Shown: one piece after another, positions 45,167 to 45,173 of the stretch | Layout of the letters: each line of letters starts with the position of its first letter | Numbering within the stretch: position 1 is the stretch's first letter | Assembly (NCBI GenBank): GCA_041178585.1 | Contig: JBEGVD010000021.1 | Coordinates: forward strand, 1-45,173 | DNA: 45,173 nt | DNA from: Actinomycetota bacterium | GTDB lineage: Bacteria; Actinomycetota; Acidimicrobiia; Acidimicrobiales; Ilumatobacteraceae | Reading direction: 5' to 3' | Notes under the pieces: generated by a model | Databases searched by the model: none | The model's input: only the letters and a program-made list of their open reading frames with translations | Told to the model about the DNA's origin: nothing | Position numbers and translations under genes: made by a program

Positions 45167-45173
45167 ACATGGA

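Noticed and set aside
1-45173. Scan for CRISPR repeats, IS/transposase, integrase, phage, toxin-antitoxin or defence-system genes
   Set aside because: Every sizeable ORF is accounted for by housekeeping or metabolic families or by small membrane and hypothetical proteins. No direct-repeat arrays or terminal inverted repeats were noticed. The only tRNA, at the window edge, has no adjacent integrase within the window.

Overview
This window is a very densely packed, core-looking chromosomal segment. Gene content suggests a streamlined Actinomycetota-like bacterium: an MtrA/MtrB-type two-component pair, PhoH-YbeY-CorC, Era, RecO, the classical men pathway and a luciferase-like oxidoreductase. I call about 50 CDS and one tRNA-Leu(CAA). 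By my coordinates only about 1 kb of the 45 kb is non-coding. I see no rRNA, CRISPR array, IS element, integrase or prophage signature.

Functional blocks, in order:
- 1-5.7 kb: sulfur/rhodanese genes, trhO and small-enzyme genes.
- 5.8-9 kb: acyl-CoA ligase, PhyH-type dioxygenase and DUF1295 membrane protein.
- 9-11.3 kb: a membrane GGDEF-EAL protein.
- 12-14.8 kb: phoH-ybeY-corC.
- 16.8-23.9 kb: menaquinone cluster menE/A/H/D/F/ubiE with an embedded DsbA-like gene.
- 23.9-26.6 kb: ACAD, LLM oxidoreductase and MaoC dehydratase.
- 27-30.8 kb: era, then mtrB-like kinase with a small GerMN lipoprotein, facing a divergent mtrA-like regulator.
- 30.8-36 kb: dinG, uppS, a uppS-like gene, recO and glyQS.
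- 36.4-39.7 kb: trpC-trpF-trpB-trpA.
- 39.7-45 kb: bcp-fabZ convergent with fabD-fabH-fabG-acpP-fabF, then tRNA-Leu.

Most interesting observations:
1. uppS lacks the C-terminal RXG motif. It sits back-to-back with a catalytically degenerate UppS paralog that keeps RRFGG. This mirrors the eukaryotic DHDDS/NgBR split and is a candidate bacterial heteromeric cis-prenyltransferase.
2. FabD carries a C-terminal biotinyl/lipoyl-like barrel domain that has no acceptor lysine.
3. The mtrA gene is inverted relative to mtrB and a miniature lpqB-like gene, with a perfect 11-bp inverted repeat in the shared control region.
4. The conserved N-terminus of trhO has no canonical start codon in front of it.
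5. A 33-aa lysine-rich ORF sits in the only sizeable convergent gap.

All functional calls come from motif recognition by eye. No database search was run.
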